Under the pieces are notes generated by a model. The model saw only the letters and a list, made by a program, of their open reading frames with translations, had not been told where the DNA came from and ran no database searches. A stretch of 58,398 nucleotides of DNA. It comes from Candidatus Moraniibacteriota bacterium (GTDB taxonomy: Bacteria > Patescibacteriota > Minisyncoccia > Moranbacterales > GCA-2747515). Position 1 is the first letter of the stretch; each line of letters opens with the position of its first letter. The stretch spans positions 1 to 58,398 of the forward strand of contig JAXGYI010000008.1 in NCBI GenBank assembly GCA_040772365.1. The letters are read 5' to 3'. Positions 37,627 through 47,451 of the stretch are shown piece by piece. A program made the translations under genes and the position numbers.

Positions 37627-38787
37627 TTATCCCGTACCTAAAACTTTCAGATATTCTGCAAATGTTTTGCACATCTCATCCTCTGCGTCGTCACGCGTTT
37701 TTGCTTTTAAGGTGATTTCATAGGAGTAGGTGTCCAATACAGTGATCTGCGGCAATGTATTGTCAAGGCGCAAATTGGCATTCTTTGTGTCAACCAGGGC
37801 AATAAAAACATGATCCTCTTTTTCGTAGAGCAGGACAAAGATTTTTCCAACTGGGTAATTTTCACTCATCTTTTCAACGATGGCATGGATATGATGCTTG
37901 TGAGCACTCACGCGTACGATATCACTGTGCGTCAGTGTTGAGATGATAATTTTTGAATGACACTTTGCGGGTGCGAGATTTTTCATTGCGCGTCCCCAGA
38001 GCTGCAGCAAGGAAAACGTTTGATTGCGATAGAGGTGCTGAATGATGGTTTGTTGATCGGCGCCAAGTTCAATCAGTGTGCTAGCAAGTGTGAGCGCATG
38101 TGGCGTGGTATTGTGTTTTTGAAAGCTATTTGTTGCACTGATGATGCCGGTAAGTAGGCACTGTGCGATGGGGCGTGGGACTTTTTTATGGGCAAGTGTC
38201 AGGAGGAGATCGCCCACGATTTCTGCTACAGATGATGCAACGGGTGAGACGATGTTTACTTGTCCAAACTGCTCATTGTTGCTGTTATTATCAATATTAA
38301 TAATGGGAATTTCATAAAAAATGTCTGGCACCTCTTCGTAGAGTGTACCCATAGATTCCTTATCTACAGCGCCAAGTGTAATGAGGAGATCATAGGGGAA
38401 CTGTGCCGGCATGAAAGAAAAATCACGTGAATCAATCATGCCCTTCTCTGGTGTGATGCGAATGAGAAAGGCATCATCAGTTTGTTCTGTATGAACGTCC
38501 AAAATTTTATTATAAGCAGTTTTGAATGAGAGGATGAGATCACGTGTGCCGGAGATGGAGTGGCGGATGGTGGTGGTGTGTGGTACAGAAAGAAAATGCA
38601 GCTGCGTGGTTTCTTCGTATGGATCGGAAAATGCGATTGTGGTGCGAATCGTGCGTGCATCACAGTGGTGTGCAATGGCGAGAGCGGCGCAGTAGACGTC
38701 AGCACTAGGGCGCGTTGGCAACAACAGAAGCACATGCGTGCTTTTGTTGATAAGTTTATCTAGCTGCTGTGCTCCGGATGATATCAT
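37627..38787 (-). CDS. Degenerate DHH-family (NrnA-like) protein
   Basis: Fold motifs retained ('PIINID', 'SSVAEIV', 'LLTGII..TNSF', 'LWGRA') but the catalytic D/H residues are replaced. Confidence 0.75.
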   Translation of the reverse strand: MISSGAQQLDKLINKSTHVLLLLPTRPSADVYCAALAIAHHCDARTIRTTIAFSDPYEETTQLHFLSVPHTTTIRHSISGTRDLILSFKTAYNKILDVHTEQTDDAFLIRITPEKGMIDSRDFSFMPAQFPYDLLITLGAVDKESMGTLYEEVPDIFYEIPIINIDNNSNNEQFGQVNIVSPVASSVAEIVGDLLLTLAHKKVPRPIAQCLLTGIISATNSFQKHNTTPHALTLASTLIELGADQQTIIQHLYRNQTFSLLQLWGRAMKNLAPAKCHSKIIISTLTHSDIVRVSAHKHHIHAIVEKMSENYPVGKIFVLLYEKEDHVFIALVDTKNANLRLDNTLPQITVLDTYSYEITLKAKTRDDAEDEMCKTFAEYLKVLGTG

Positions 38788-38823
38788 GCCGTATATACGA
38801 AGTTTAATATGAGTGAGTAGTTC

Positions 38824-38852
38824 AGAGTATCAAGGGCACCGTGCTTTGTCAA
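38824..38852 (-). promoter_or_regulatory. sigma70-type promoter
   Basis: TTGACA-17-TACTCT. Confidence 0.55.
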
Positions 38853-38960
38853 ACACCCTTTTTACAAGCCTGTGTATTGGCAGGACGTTGGTATTTCTGT
38901 TAGTGCTGTAGTAAGTAGACTTCTTGAAGAAAATGGTAAGGTAGCGTAGTGTAGAAGAAT

Positions 38961-39395
38961 ATGAAACGTATGATTACAACATCAGTGGAGGAGACCATGG
39001 ATCTTGCGACACGCTTTGTGCGAAGCTTGCCGCCCACGAGTACCATTGTTGCACTGAGTGGTGACCTTGGTGCAGGTAAGACGACATTTGCGCAAGGTGT
39101 TTTGCGTGCATGCGGTGCCACACCGCCTTATACCAGCCCCACATTTACGATTATGAAAGAGTACGTGATACCTGGTGGTGTGTTTGAGCGTGTTATACAC
39201 TGTGACGCCTATCGCATCACGGCGCAAGATATGCTAGAATTAGGATGGGAGGAGATGATCGCTGCACAAAACACGCTGATTGTAGTAGAGTGGTCGGAGC
39301 GCATTGCACATATTATGCCACAGAGCGCTATCCCCATTGCGTGTGCTGTTGTGGACGATACTCGTCGTGCCTATACAATGCGCGAAAAACTGTAA
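38961..39395 (+). CDS. tsaE: tRNA threonylcarbamoyladenosine biosynthesis ATPase TsaE
   Basis: 'LSGDLGAGKTT', 'SPTFTI', 'HCDAYR', 'VEW'. Confidence 0.93.
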   Translation: MKRMITTSVEETMDLATRFVRSLPPTSTIVALSGDLGAGKTTFAQGVLRACGATPPYTSPTFTIMKEYVIPGGVFERVIHCDAYRITAQDMLELGWEEMIAAQNTLIVVEWSERIAHIMPQSAIPIACAVVDDTRRAYTMREKL

Positions 39396-39423
39396 AGCAA
39401 ATGTAATGATTTTATAAAATACT

Positions 39424-40140
39424 ATGATCTATCCACACACCGTATCGCCCAACCGTGCGATCGTGGTTGGCATTGTTGGTATGCTGTGGCTGTTTGCTGC
39501 AGGCTGTCAACAAACTGCTGTTCAGCAACAGCGCAGTGATGTTGCTACACCGCCCACCACAACAGCAGATACACCGAAGACGGATCTACCAAAAAATTCT
39601 CATCAATCATTATCACAATCAACAGCTATGCATACAACACCCCCCTCACAAATTGACATGACTCTCGCCGACACGTGCACGGGCGCAGTGATCACTACCA
39701 CAAAAGGCGATATCACGCTTTCTTTGATGAATACAGATGCGCCGATGACTGTGGCGAATTTCTGTACATTAGCCAAGAAGGGTTTTTATGACGGCGTGAT
39801 CTTTCACCGTGTCATCGCTGGATTTATGATTCAGGGTGGTGATCCGGATGGTACGGGCATGGGTGGTCCAGGTTATCAGTTTGCTGACGAAATCCATGCC
39901 AATAACCACAATGCCGTGGGTACAATTGCCATGGCAAACGCCGGTCCTGGCACAAATGGCAGTCAATTCTTCATCAACGTTTCGGACAATAACTTTCTTG
40001 ACACCAAGCACACGGTGTTTGGTACAGTGACGGCGGGGATGGATGTGGTGAACACCATCGCAACCACACCAACGGACGGCGCTGATCGCCCGACGGAAGA
40101 AGTGCGCATTGAGCGTATCGTCGTGCACGAGCAAGAGTAA
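39424..40140 (+). CDS. Cyclophilin-type peptidyl-prolyl isomerase, probable lipoprotein
   Basis: 'FAAGC' lipobox-like; 'FHRVIAGFMIQGGDP', 'AMANAGPGTNGSQFFI', 'HTVFG'. Confidence 0.93.
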   Translation: MIYPHTVSPNRAIVVGIVGMLWLFAAGCQQTAVQQQRSDVATPPTTTADTPKTDLPKNSHQSLSQSTAMHTTPPSQIDMTLADTCTGAVITTTKGDITLSLMNTDAPMTVANFCTLAKKGFYDGVIFHRVIAGFMIQGGDPDGTGMGGPGYQFADEIHANNHNAVGTIAMANAGPGTNGSQFFINVSDNNFLDTKHTVFGTVTAGMDVVNTIATTPTDGADRPTEEVRIERIVVHEQE

Positions 40141-40171
40141 TGCACGGTAATCATTATGACATCATGCTGCT

Positions 40172-41134
40172 ATGACGTATCTCTTGTTTTTTGTGGGGTT
40201 TGCCTTGCTGATCAAGGGCGCCGATTGGCTCGTTGCTGGCGCATCGCAGGTTGCGCATCGCTTTCGGGTTCCAGCAATTGTGATCGGCTTAACAATTGTG
40301 GCATTTGGGACATCGGCGCCGGAGCTTGTTGTGAATATTCTGGCAAGTGCGCGCGGTGAAACGGATCTTGCATTGGGTAATATTGTTGGCAGCAATATCG
40401 CAAATATTTGGTTGATTCTTGGTATTGCAGCAATGATTTATCCGATCACAACCAAGAAAAACACAATCTGGAAAGAAATCCCTATGGGTGTGTTGGCGAT
40501 GATCGTTCTAGGTATCATGGCGCATGACAGCAGCATTGATGGTGCAGCAGTATCCGCAATTACGCGTACTGATGGATTAGTCCTCTTGGCATTTTTTACT
40601 ATCTTTTTGTATTACACATTTGGTATTTCGCGTGTTACAGGTAATGTAAGCGATCATGATGTTGATGTTGTTGGAGCACATAGTATGTGGAAATCTACCA
40701 TCATGATTTTTGGAGGTCTTGCTGGGCTAGTGATTGGAGGCGCATGGATTGTGGATGGCGCCGTAGCGATTGCGCGCATATTTGGCGTGAGTGAGGCAAT
40801 GATCGGTTTGACAATTGTGGCAATTGGAACGTCGTTGCCGGAGTTAGCAACATCAGTTGTCGCAGCATATCGCAAGCATACAGATATTGCTATTGGTAAT
40901 GTTGTCGGGTCAGGTATTTTTAACATCTTCTTTATTCTCGGAACAAGCGCGATAGTTCGTCCTTTACCAGTCAGCCCGCTTTTTACTCGCGATTTCGCAG
41001 TGGCACTATTTGCGAGCGTATTGCTATTCGTGATGATGTTTGTTGGACGTAGGCATACTATTTACAGAGTAGAAGGTATTATTATGGTAGCACTATACAT
41101 CACATATATGGTAATCGTTGTCATGCAGCAGTAA
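40172..41134 (+). CDS. Calcium/sodium antiporter (YrbG/CaCA family)
   Basis: Two alpha repeats: 'GTSAPE...GNIVGSN' and 'GTSLPE...GNVVGS'. Confidence 0.92.
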   Translation: MTYLLFFVGFALLIKGADWLVAGASQVAHRFRVPAIVIGLTIVAFGTSAPELVVNILASARGETDLALGNIVGSNIANIWLILGIAAMIYPITTKKNTIWKEIPMGVLAMIVLGIMAHDSSIDGAAVSAITRTDGLVLLAFFTIFLYYTFGISRVTGNVSDHDVDVVGAHSMWKSTIMIFGGLAGLVIGGAWIVDGAVAIARIFGVSEAMIGLTIVAIGTSLPELATSVVAAYRKHTDIAIGNVVGSGIFNIFFILGTSAIVRPLPVSPLFTRDFAVALFASVLLFVMMFVGRRHTIYRVEGIIMVALYITYMVIVVMQQ

Positions 41135-41175
41135 ATGGTTTTGCATGAACGGCATGGTGTGCGTATAATAGTTAT

Positions 41176-41739
41176 ATGACACAGGTAATAATCATTCACG
41201 GGTGGAGCGGATCGCCAGATGCAAATTGGTTTGGGTGGCTGCGTGATGCACTTGCTGCGCATAATATTGCTGTGTGTGTACCGCAGATGCCAGCAGAGGA
41301 CTTTCCGCGTGTTGCGACGTGGACAGCGGCGATTGCTGCTGCAACAAAAACGCCAGATGATCGCACATTTTTTGTGGGACACAGTTTGGGTAATATGGCG
41401 ATTTTGCACTATCTCCAATCACTTCCCGCTACTGCGCGCATTGGCGGCGTATTGCTAGTGGCGCCCTATATGCACTCTATCGGTATTCCGTTTCTTGATG
41501 ATTTTCTTGCCGACCCTGTGGACTATGCAAAGGTGAAAGAGATCGTACAAAAAATTGCCGTCATCGCATCCGACAACGATCCCTATGTTCCGCTTGCCAT
41601 GGCGCAGGATGTCGCAGATGTACTCGGCGCGCAGATGCACATTATGCCCGACGCCGGTCACATCAACGATGTCAGTGGCTATACAACACTTGAGGACGGT
41701 CTTGCAGTATTGCAGGAGATGATGGGGGAGGGGAAGTGA
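41176..41739 (+). CDS. Alpha/beta hydrolase, RBBP9/YdeN family
   Basis: 'IIHGW', 'WFGWL', 'VGHSLG', 'SDNDPYVP', 'AGHIN'. Confidence 0.9.
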   Translation: MTQVIIIHGWSGSPDANWFGWLRDALAAHNIAVCVPQMPAEDFPRVATWTAAIAAATKTPDDRTFFVGHSLGNMAILHYLQSLPATARIGGVLLVAPYMHSIGIPFLDDFLADPVDYAKVKEIVQKIAVIASDNDPYVPLAMAQDVADVLGAQMHIMPDAGHINDVSGYTTLEDGLAVLQEMMGEGK

Positions 41740-41772
41740 CATCATAAAAATAGTGGAGACAATGTAAAAGAA

Positions 41773-41802
41773 AAGAGGCATTCTCAGATGAGAATGCCTC
41801 TT
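41773..41802. terminator. Hairpin terminator between convergent genes
   Basis: AAGAGGCATTCTCA-ga-TGAGAATGCCTCTT. Confidence 0.7.
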
Positions 41803-41820
41803 GTGTTCACGAGCGCGCTA

Positions 41821-42945
41821 CTATCTTACTTCGCGCGTTTGTATTTTGCCCTGTGGAACACCCTGAGGACCTACCGTTTTCTTTTGGGCAGGTTGACCAG
41901 GGATTGGTTGGTAGCCTTGTTGCTGCCGTGGCATTTGCTGCAACAGCTCTGGTGGTATTTGCATGTTGTTCATGACATTTACCACACTTTTTTGGTGCGT
42001 TGCCTCTTGTGCGTTCCTAATTTCTTCCAAGTAGGCAATGTATGTTGCCTGGCAGATGTTGCGCAAATCCGCATATGAACCGGGGATTGCAATTTGAATC
42101 CCCTGGACATACGGGTGTTGTTTCACCCAGGCGCGCCCGTAACTTGGACCAACGCCAAAGTGAAAGACGTTACCGGAATTCTTTGCCGCGTTGACAAAGC
42201 CACCGCCACCCAACAATGCAAGTGTAAATTGTACACTGTGGTTGACGACACCGCCATCCCCGGAAACAATAATTGCATTACCACCGCGGCGGACCGTTCT
42301 CTGCATAAGTGCGCCGAGCTGATGGATACTAGTCGTATCATCATCGCTGGTTTTAGCAACATCATGACCCACGATGGCAAAGTTCAAGCCGCCAATAGGG
42401 TTCATAGGGAGAACGCAAACCCCATTTTTTACATCTCCCGACATTTGCTGTCCACCGCCGGCGAAAGTTATTTTGCCGGAACCATTGGCATACGTGTCGA
42501 TTTCTCCGGCATTGAAAAATACCTTGGGAAGCATTGCACGTGTCGAGTAGTAGTTTGGTCCGTTATTGTTTGGCGGGATCGGGGTGGTGTATCCCGGAAT
42601 TGGTGCCGGACCCGGAACAGGAAAGTCCCTGGGGCTGTCGACATCAATTCTGCTGCTTGCATCGATGTCGCCGATATTAGCACTTGAACTTGAGGAGCTT
42701 CCATGGACATTAATGTTAGCGCTTGAGTTTGACGAACTTCCGTGGATATCTACATTCTGTGTGGCATTGGCATTGGCAGCTGCAGATGCAGCTGCTGCAG
42801 CTGCTGCATTGTTTTGGTTTGCGCACCCACCGGGTCCGCATGCAGCCCCACCTGCTTGACCGACTGCAAAACTGTACTGTACCGATGCTGCAAAAAATAA
42901 TACTGCATAGAAAATTGTGCACAATGCTGATTTGGTTGTTGTCAT
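41821..42945 (-). CDS. Secreted hypothetical protein with Ala/Ser-rich low-complexity segments
   Basis: Signal-peptide-like N-terminus; GGAGG SD; poly-Ala run; 13-aa duplicated unit. Confidence 0.7.
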   Translation of the reverse strand: MTTTKSALCTIFYAVLFFAASVQYSFAVGQAGGAACGPGGCANQNNAAAAAAASAAANANATQNVDIHGSSSNSSANINVHGSSSSSSANIGDIDASSRIDVDSPRDFPVPGPAPIPGYTTPIPPNNNGPNYYSTRAMLPKVFFNAGEIDTYANGSGKITFAGGGQQMSGDVKNGVCVLPMNPIGGLNFAIVGHDVAKTSDDDTTSIHQLGALMQRTVRRGGNAIIVSGDGGVVNHSVQFTLALLGGGGFVNAAKNSGNVFHFGVGPSYGRAWVKQHPYVQGIQIAIPGSYADLRNICQATYIAYLEEIRNAQEATHQKSVVNVMNNMQIPPELLQQMPRQQQGYQPIPGQPAQKKTVGPQGVPQGKIQTREVR

Positions 42946-43490
42946 GACTTTCCTCCATTAGTGGTGTTTTTTTCCAACTTCCATTCATATGGTCCCAAAA
43001 ACAAGAATGTTTTCTTATTTCCGAGCCACACTTCTATTGGTTTCGGTGATTCTAGTGCGAGTATTATATTTTCTTCCCATTCCTCCTCTTCTCCATTAAA
43101 AATGACCTCTATCTCCGGATCATGGTCCATACCATTTTTATAGGTATAAAGCATGACCGTAAATTCCTTGTTTAAGGGATTGCTTACGCCAACTTCTAAC
43201 CATAAATCGGTTGTTGTGGTCGGAAGCAATGTGACTACACCCTCGCTGAAATTTGGCGATCGCCTCTTTTCGATCATCTTATTAATTTTTTGATTGAAAT
43301 ACTGCTCCTTGCTCCTCGGAACAATCCACAGTGTCTGATGCGTTGTTGAGTCAAACTGTGATAGGACGTGTTCCACGGGCTTTCCATGTGGCGGTGTTTG
43401 ATAACTGTAGTCGTACCGAATCACACAGCCACCAAGAGAGAAAACGAGAAGCAGAATGGAAAGACAAGCTTTAATACTGTGTTTTTTCAT
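42942..43490 (-). CDS. Hypothetical lipoprotein
   Basis: 'MKKHSIK...LGGC' lipobox; AGAGGA SD. Confidence 0.65.
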   Translation of the reverse strand: MKKHSIKACLSILLLVFSLGGCVIRYDYSYQTPPHGKPVEHVLSQFDSTTHQTLWIVPRSKEQYFNQKINKMIEKRRSPNFSEGVVTLLPTTTTDLWLEVGVSNPLNKEFTVMLYTYKNGMDHDPEIEVIFNGEEEEWEENIILALESPKPIEVWLGNKKTFLFLGPYEWKLEKNTTNGGKS

Positions 43491-43550
43491 TACACTTCCT
43501 CTCAGAATGCTTTGATAAGTCTTATTTTTCTGTCAAATAACTAGTTTTTG

Positions 43551-43579
43551 AATGTAGCAGATAAACAATGTTTTGTCAA
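43551..43579 (-). promoter_or_regulatory. sigma70-type promoter
   Basis: TTGACA-17-TACATT with a TG extension. Confidence 0.65.
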
Positions 43580-43599
43580 TAGAAAACTGCCCAATGTAT

Positions 43600-44298
43600 T
43601 TATTGAGCAGATTCTGATTGCATGGCCTTATCTTCGTGGTAGATCCATATCGGATCACCATGTTTGAGGGCGGCATAGAGGCGCTCGCCATCGTGCCACA
43701 GCACATTGACGCATCCACTAGAATTCATGACGCCCTCCAGGAGTGCAGCGTGCACGAGCTTGTCTGTGTTGCTGATGCGTATAGCGAAGTACATCTTTGC
43801 ACCCTTTGTTAGCTCGCTTGGACCACGGGAAATGTGGAGGCGCTTCTTTTCTCCGACAAAAAACTTTCCTGGCGGCGTCTCTTTGCCAATACCGCCGGTA
43901 TTGACCGGACCGGAAAAGAGGAGTTCTCCATACCTATAAAATCCAAAGTACTGCTGATCCAGGCAGATCATGAGCGCACGCGGATAGCGTGCAATGCTTG
44001 CAATGGTAATGGGCATGGGGATGGTGAATACTTTGAGGACATTCGGATCCGGATCTGGTAAGAGCATCTGAAATCCCGGCAACAAGTGTCGTCCATCTAC
44101 GCGGTTGACCTCCTGCGTGATGCGCCAGTGATCTGGGTTTTGGACGAGATTCTCCAACGTGTCGCCCTTTTGTACAGTGTAGCTATAAAAACCTTGTGGC
44201 GGGTCAAAATAGAGTACTTCCGACCATGCCACATCTTTTCCAAAGGGCAATAAGACGTATATCGTCGCGCACAACACAACCTGCAATAATTTTTTCAT
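43600..44298 (-). CDS. LysM + L,D-transpeptidase (YkuD) protein
   Basis: 'YTVQKGDTL' LysM; 'GPVNTG...TPPG.F'; 'H...SSGCVN'. Confidence 0.8.
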   Translation of the reverse strand: MKKLLQVVLCATIYVLLPFGKDVAWSEVLYFDPPQGFYSYTVQKGDTLENLVQNPDHWRITQEVNRVDGRHLLPGFQMLLPDPDPNVLKVFTIPMPITIASIARYPRALMICLDQQYFGFYRYGELLFSGPVNTGGIGKETPPGKFFVGEKKRLHISRGPSELTKGAKMYFAIRISNTDKLVHAALLEGVMNSSGCVNVLWHDGERLYAALKHGDPIWIYHEDKAMQSESAQ

Positions 44299-44356
44299 TT
44301 CCCAGTCTCCATGTAATGTAGTATAGTGATATTCTTTTGTTTAAGAACAACGCTTT

Positions 44357-44424
44357 ACTTTATCTATTTAGAAAGATTCTGTCAATTTTCTTTACTTGAT
44401 CAAATACACATATACGTGTACAAT
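44357..44424. promoter_or_regulatory. Divergent promoters (LDT gene on -, uvrA on +)
   Basis: Minus strand TTGACA-17-TAAAGT (44357-44385); plus strand TTGATC-17-TACAAT (44396-44424). Confidence 0.55.
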
Positions 44425-44433
44425 GGGAAGACT

Positions 44434-47301
44434 ATGCAGGAAGAACCTAGGAATATTGTCGTTAAAGGGGCACGAGAACACAATTTGAAAAACATCACTC
44501 TCACGATTCCGCGGGATCGTTTGACCGTGTTTACGGGACTGTCTGGATCAGGTAAGACGACCTTGGCGTTTGATACGATTTTTGCCGAGGGGCAACGACG
44601 GTATTTGGAAAGCGTATCCAGCTATGCACGGCAGTTTTTGGGACAGATGGACAAGCCGGATGTGGATGTGATTGAGGGTTTGTCTCCGGCAATTGCTATT
44701 GACCAAAAAACAACATCGCGTAATCCACGGTCAACTGTCGGCACAGTGACAGAGATTCATGACTACATGCGACTACTGTGGTCTAAGATTGGCATGCCAA
44801 CATGCCCACAGTGCAAGCAGTCTATTTCTGTATTGTCCACCGATGAGATTGTGACGCAGATCCTTGATGCTGCGCGCGACACGGAAATTAAAATTTGTGC
44901 GCCTGTCGTGCGTGATCGCAAGGGTACCTACATGAAGCTTTTTTTGGACATGTGGGATCGCGGATTTTTGGAAGTATATGTCAATGGTGCACTACATACA
45001 TTGCAAGAAGCAGGGCAGTTAACACTAGATCGGTATAAGAAACACTCTATTGATATCGTTGTGGATACTATTACAGTGACGGATGAGCAGATCTCACGAT
45101 TGTTTGAGGCTGTGGAATTATCACTGCGCTTAGCAGAGGGTATAGTACACGTGCGGTTTGCAGATGATGTGCAGAAGACAGAAAATATTTTTGTATATAA
45201 TCAAAAATATGCATGCCCAAGCCACCCAGATGTTGCTTTTCCTGATTTAGAGCCGCGGCTATTCAGTTTCAATTCGCCTTTTGGTGCATGTCCTGTGTGC
45301 GAGGGGTTGGGTGTGAAAAAGGACGTTGACCCGTCACTCGTAATTCCTGATGAGACAATGACGATTGCGCAAGGTGGTGTGTTGCCATGGAGTAACAAAA
45401 AGAGAAACTCCTACTATGGTGCGGTACTGCACAGTGTGATGCAGCACCATAATATTCCCGACAACGTGCGTATCAAGGATCTCCATGAGAGACATCGGGA
45501 GATTTTACTGCATGGCGAAGATGATCCCGACCCAATCACTGTGCGTATGCGTAGCGCTAAGGGTAGTGCACTGCGATTTACAACCTATTGGCGTGGTATT
45601 GTCGGTTTTTTGCAAGAGCGTTATCAAAGATCCGAATCAGAGACGGTGCAACGCGATATTGAGCAGTACATGTCACAGACACCGTGTAGTGCGTGTGCTG
45701 GTAGTCGCTACAAGCCAGAGGTGTTGTGGGTGACGGTTGGTGGCAAAAATATTGACGCTGTATCGCACATGACCATTACTGAGGCAAGTGTATTTTTTGA
45801 ACAATTGCAATTGACGACACAGGAGAGGCTGATTGGGGAGCGCATTATTAGGGAAATTGTTGGGCGTTTGACATTTCTTAACAAGGTCGGACTCGGTTAT
45901 CTGACACTTGCGCGTGCGGCGCATACGTTGAGCGGCGGCGAATCGCAGCGTATTCGATTGGCAAGTCAAATCGGATCACAGTTGATGGGAGTGTTATATA
46001 TTTTGGATGAACCGTCTATCGGGCTGCATGCGCGTGACAACACGAAACTTTTAGAGACGCTGTTGTATCTGCGTGATCTCGGCAACACGGTGATTGTCAT
46101 TGAACATGATGAAGAAACGATTCGCGCTGCCGATTTTTTGGTGGACATTGGTCCTGGAGCGGGTAAGCACGGTGGGCGCATTGTTGCCAGTGGTACGCCG
46201 ACGCAGGTTTTGCGATCGCCGCAGTCCGTGACGGCACAATATTTGCGCGGAGAAAAACATATTCCCGTGCCGCAAAAACGCCATACTATCAAGGGCAAGA
46301 AGATGGTAACGGTGCGCGGCGCACGGGCGAACAACTTGAAAAATATCACTGTGGAATTTCCGCTTGGTATGATGACGGTAGTGACGGGTGTGAGTGGCAG
46401 CGGTAAGTCCACACTTGTGGGAGATATCCTCTACAAAGGTTTATCGCATACGATCATGCGTAGTATGCAACGCCCCGGCAAACATCGTGACATTATCGGT
46501 GCAGATGGTTTGGATAAAGTGATTATGATTGACCAGAGTCCCATCGGGCGTACGCCACGATCCAATCCCGCAACATATACGGGGGTATTTACGCCAATTC
46601 GCGCATTGTTTGCGCAGACAAAGGCAGCGAGGGCGCGTGGTTATCAAGCACGGCGGTTTAGTTTTAATGTGCCAGGTGGACGATGCGACAACTGCAAAGG
46701 CGATGGGTCATTGAAAATCGAAATGCAATTTATGGCAGATGTCTATCTCCCGTGCGATGTATGTCATGGAGCACGCTATAATAGCGAGACATTGCAGATT
46801 GTTTATAAAGGAAAAACGATTGCCGATGTTCTTGCAATGACGGTGGATGATGCTGTGGCGTTTTTTGACGCGTATCCGGCGATACGGACGGTGATGGCGA
46901 CATTGCAAGATGTGGGGTTGGGATATATTCAGTTAGGACAAAGCGCAACAACGCTCAGCGGTGGTGAGGCGCAGCGCGTCAAACTTGCCACAGAACTTGC
47001 ACGTAAGGCAACCGGTAATACGATGTATATTTTGGACGAACCGACAACGGGCCTACACTTTGAGGATGTGGCAAAGCTTTTGGATGTGTTGCAGCGACTT
47101 GTGGATGCGGGTAATAGTGTCGTGGTGATTGAGCACAACATGGACGTAATCAAAACGGCGGACTGGATTATTGATATGGGACCGGAAGGTGGCGCCGGTG
47201 GCGGATCGGTAGTTGTGGTTGGTACGCCGGAAGAGGTGAAGAAGTATCACAAAGAGAGTTTTACGGCAAAATATTTGCGAGATGTGTTGAAGAAAAAATA
47301 A
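44434..47301 (+). CDS. uvrA: Excinuclease ABC subunit A
   Basis: 'GAREHNLKN', two Walker A motifs, 'LSGGE.QR' twice, zinc fingers. Confidence 0.98.
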   Translation: MQEEPRNIVVKGAREHNLKNITLTIPRDRLTVFTGLSGSGKTTLAFDTIFAEGQRRYLESVSSYARQFLGQMDKPDVDVIEGLSPAIAIDQKTTSRNPRSTVGTVTEIHDYMRLLWSKIGMPTCPQCKQSISVLSTDEIVTQILDAARDTEIKICAPVVRDRKGTYMKLFLDMWDRGFLEVYVNGALHTLQEAGQLTLDRYKKHSIDIVVDTITVTDEQISRLFEAVELSLRLAEGIVHVRFADDVQKTENIFVYNQKYACPSHPDVAFPDLEPRLFSFNSPFGACPVCEGLGVKKDVDPSLVIPDETMTIAQGGVLPWSNKKRNSYYGAVLHSVMQHHNIPDNVRIKDLHERHREILLHGEDDPDPITVRMRSAKGSALRFTTYWRGIVGFLQERYQRSESETVQRDIEQYMSQTPCSACAGSRYKPEVLWVTVGGKNIDAVSHMTITEASVFFEQLQLTTQERLIGERIIREIVGRLTFLNKVGLGYLTLARAAHTLSGGESQRIRLASQIGSQLMGVLYILDEPSIGLHARDNTKLLETLLYLRDLGNTVIVIEHDEETIRAADFLVDIGPGAGKHGGRIVASGTPTQVLRSPQSVTAQYLRGEKHIPVPQKRHTIKGKKMVTVRGARANNLKNITVEFPLGMMTVVTGVSGSGKSTLVGDILYKGLSHTIMRSMQRPGKHRDIIGADGLDKVIMIDQSPIGRTPRSNPATYTGVFTPIRALFAQTKAARARGYQARRFSFNVPGGRCDNCKGDGSLKIEMQFMADVYLPCDVCHGARYNSETLQIVYKGKTIADVLAMTVDDAVAFFDAYPAIRTVMATLQDVGLGYIQLGQSATTLSGGEAQRVKLATELARKATGNTMYILDEPTTGLHFEDVAKLLDVLQRLVDAGNSVVVIEHNMDVIKTADWIIDMGPEGGAGGGSVVVVGTPEEVKKYHKESFTAKYLRDVLKKK

Positions 47302-47451
47302 CGGTGCTGAAGTCTTTGTGAGCACAGGATGGTACTGCTGTTGTTGTGCTTGCGTAGATCACGAGAGATGGCGTGCCGTGTAGTTGCATGTCAAAATGGT
47401 GCGTGTTATGCTGAAAAAAAAGTAGCCTTCGTGATTTGTGATGAAAAAGTT

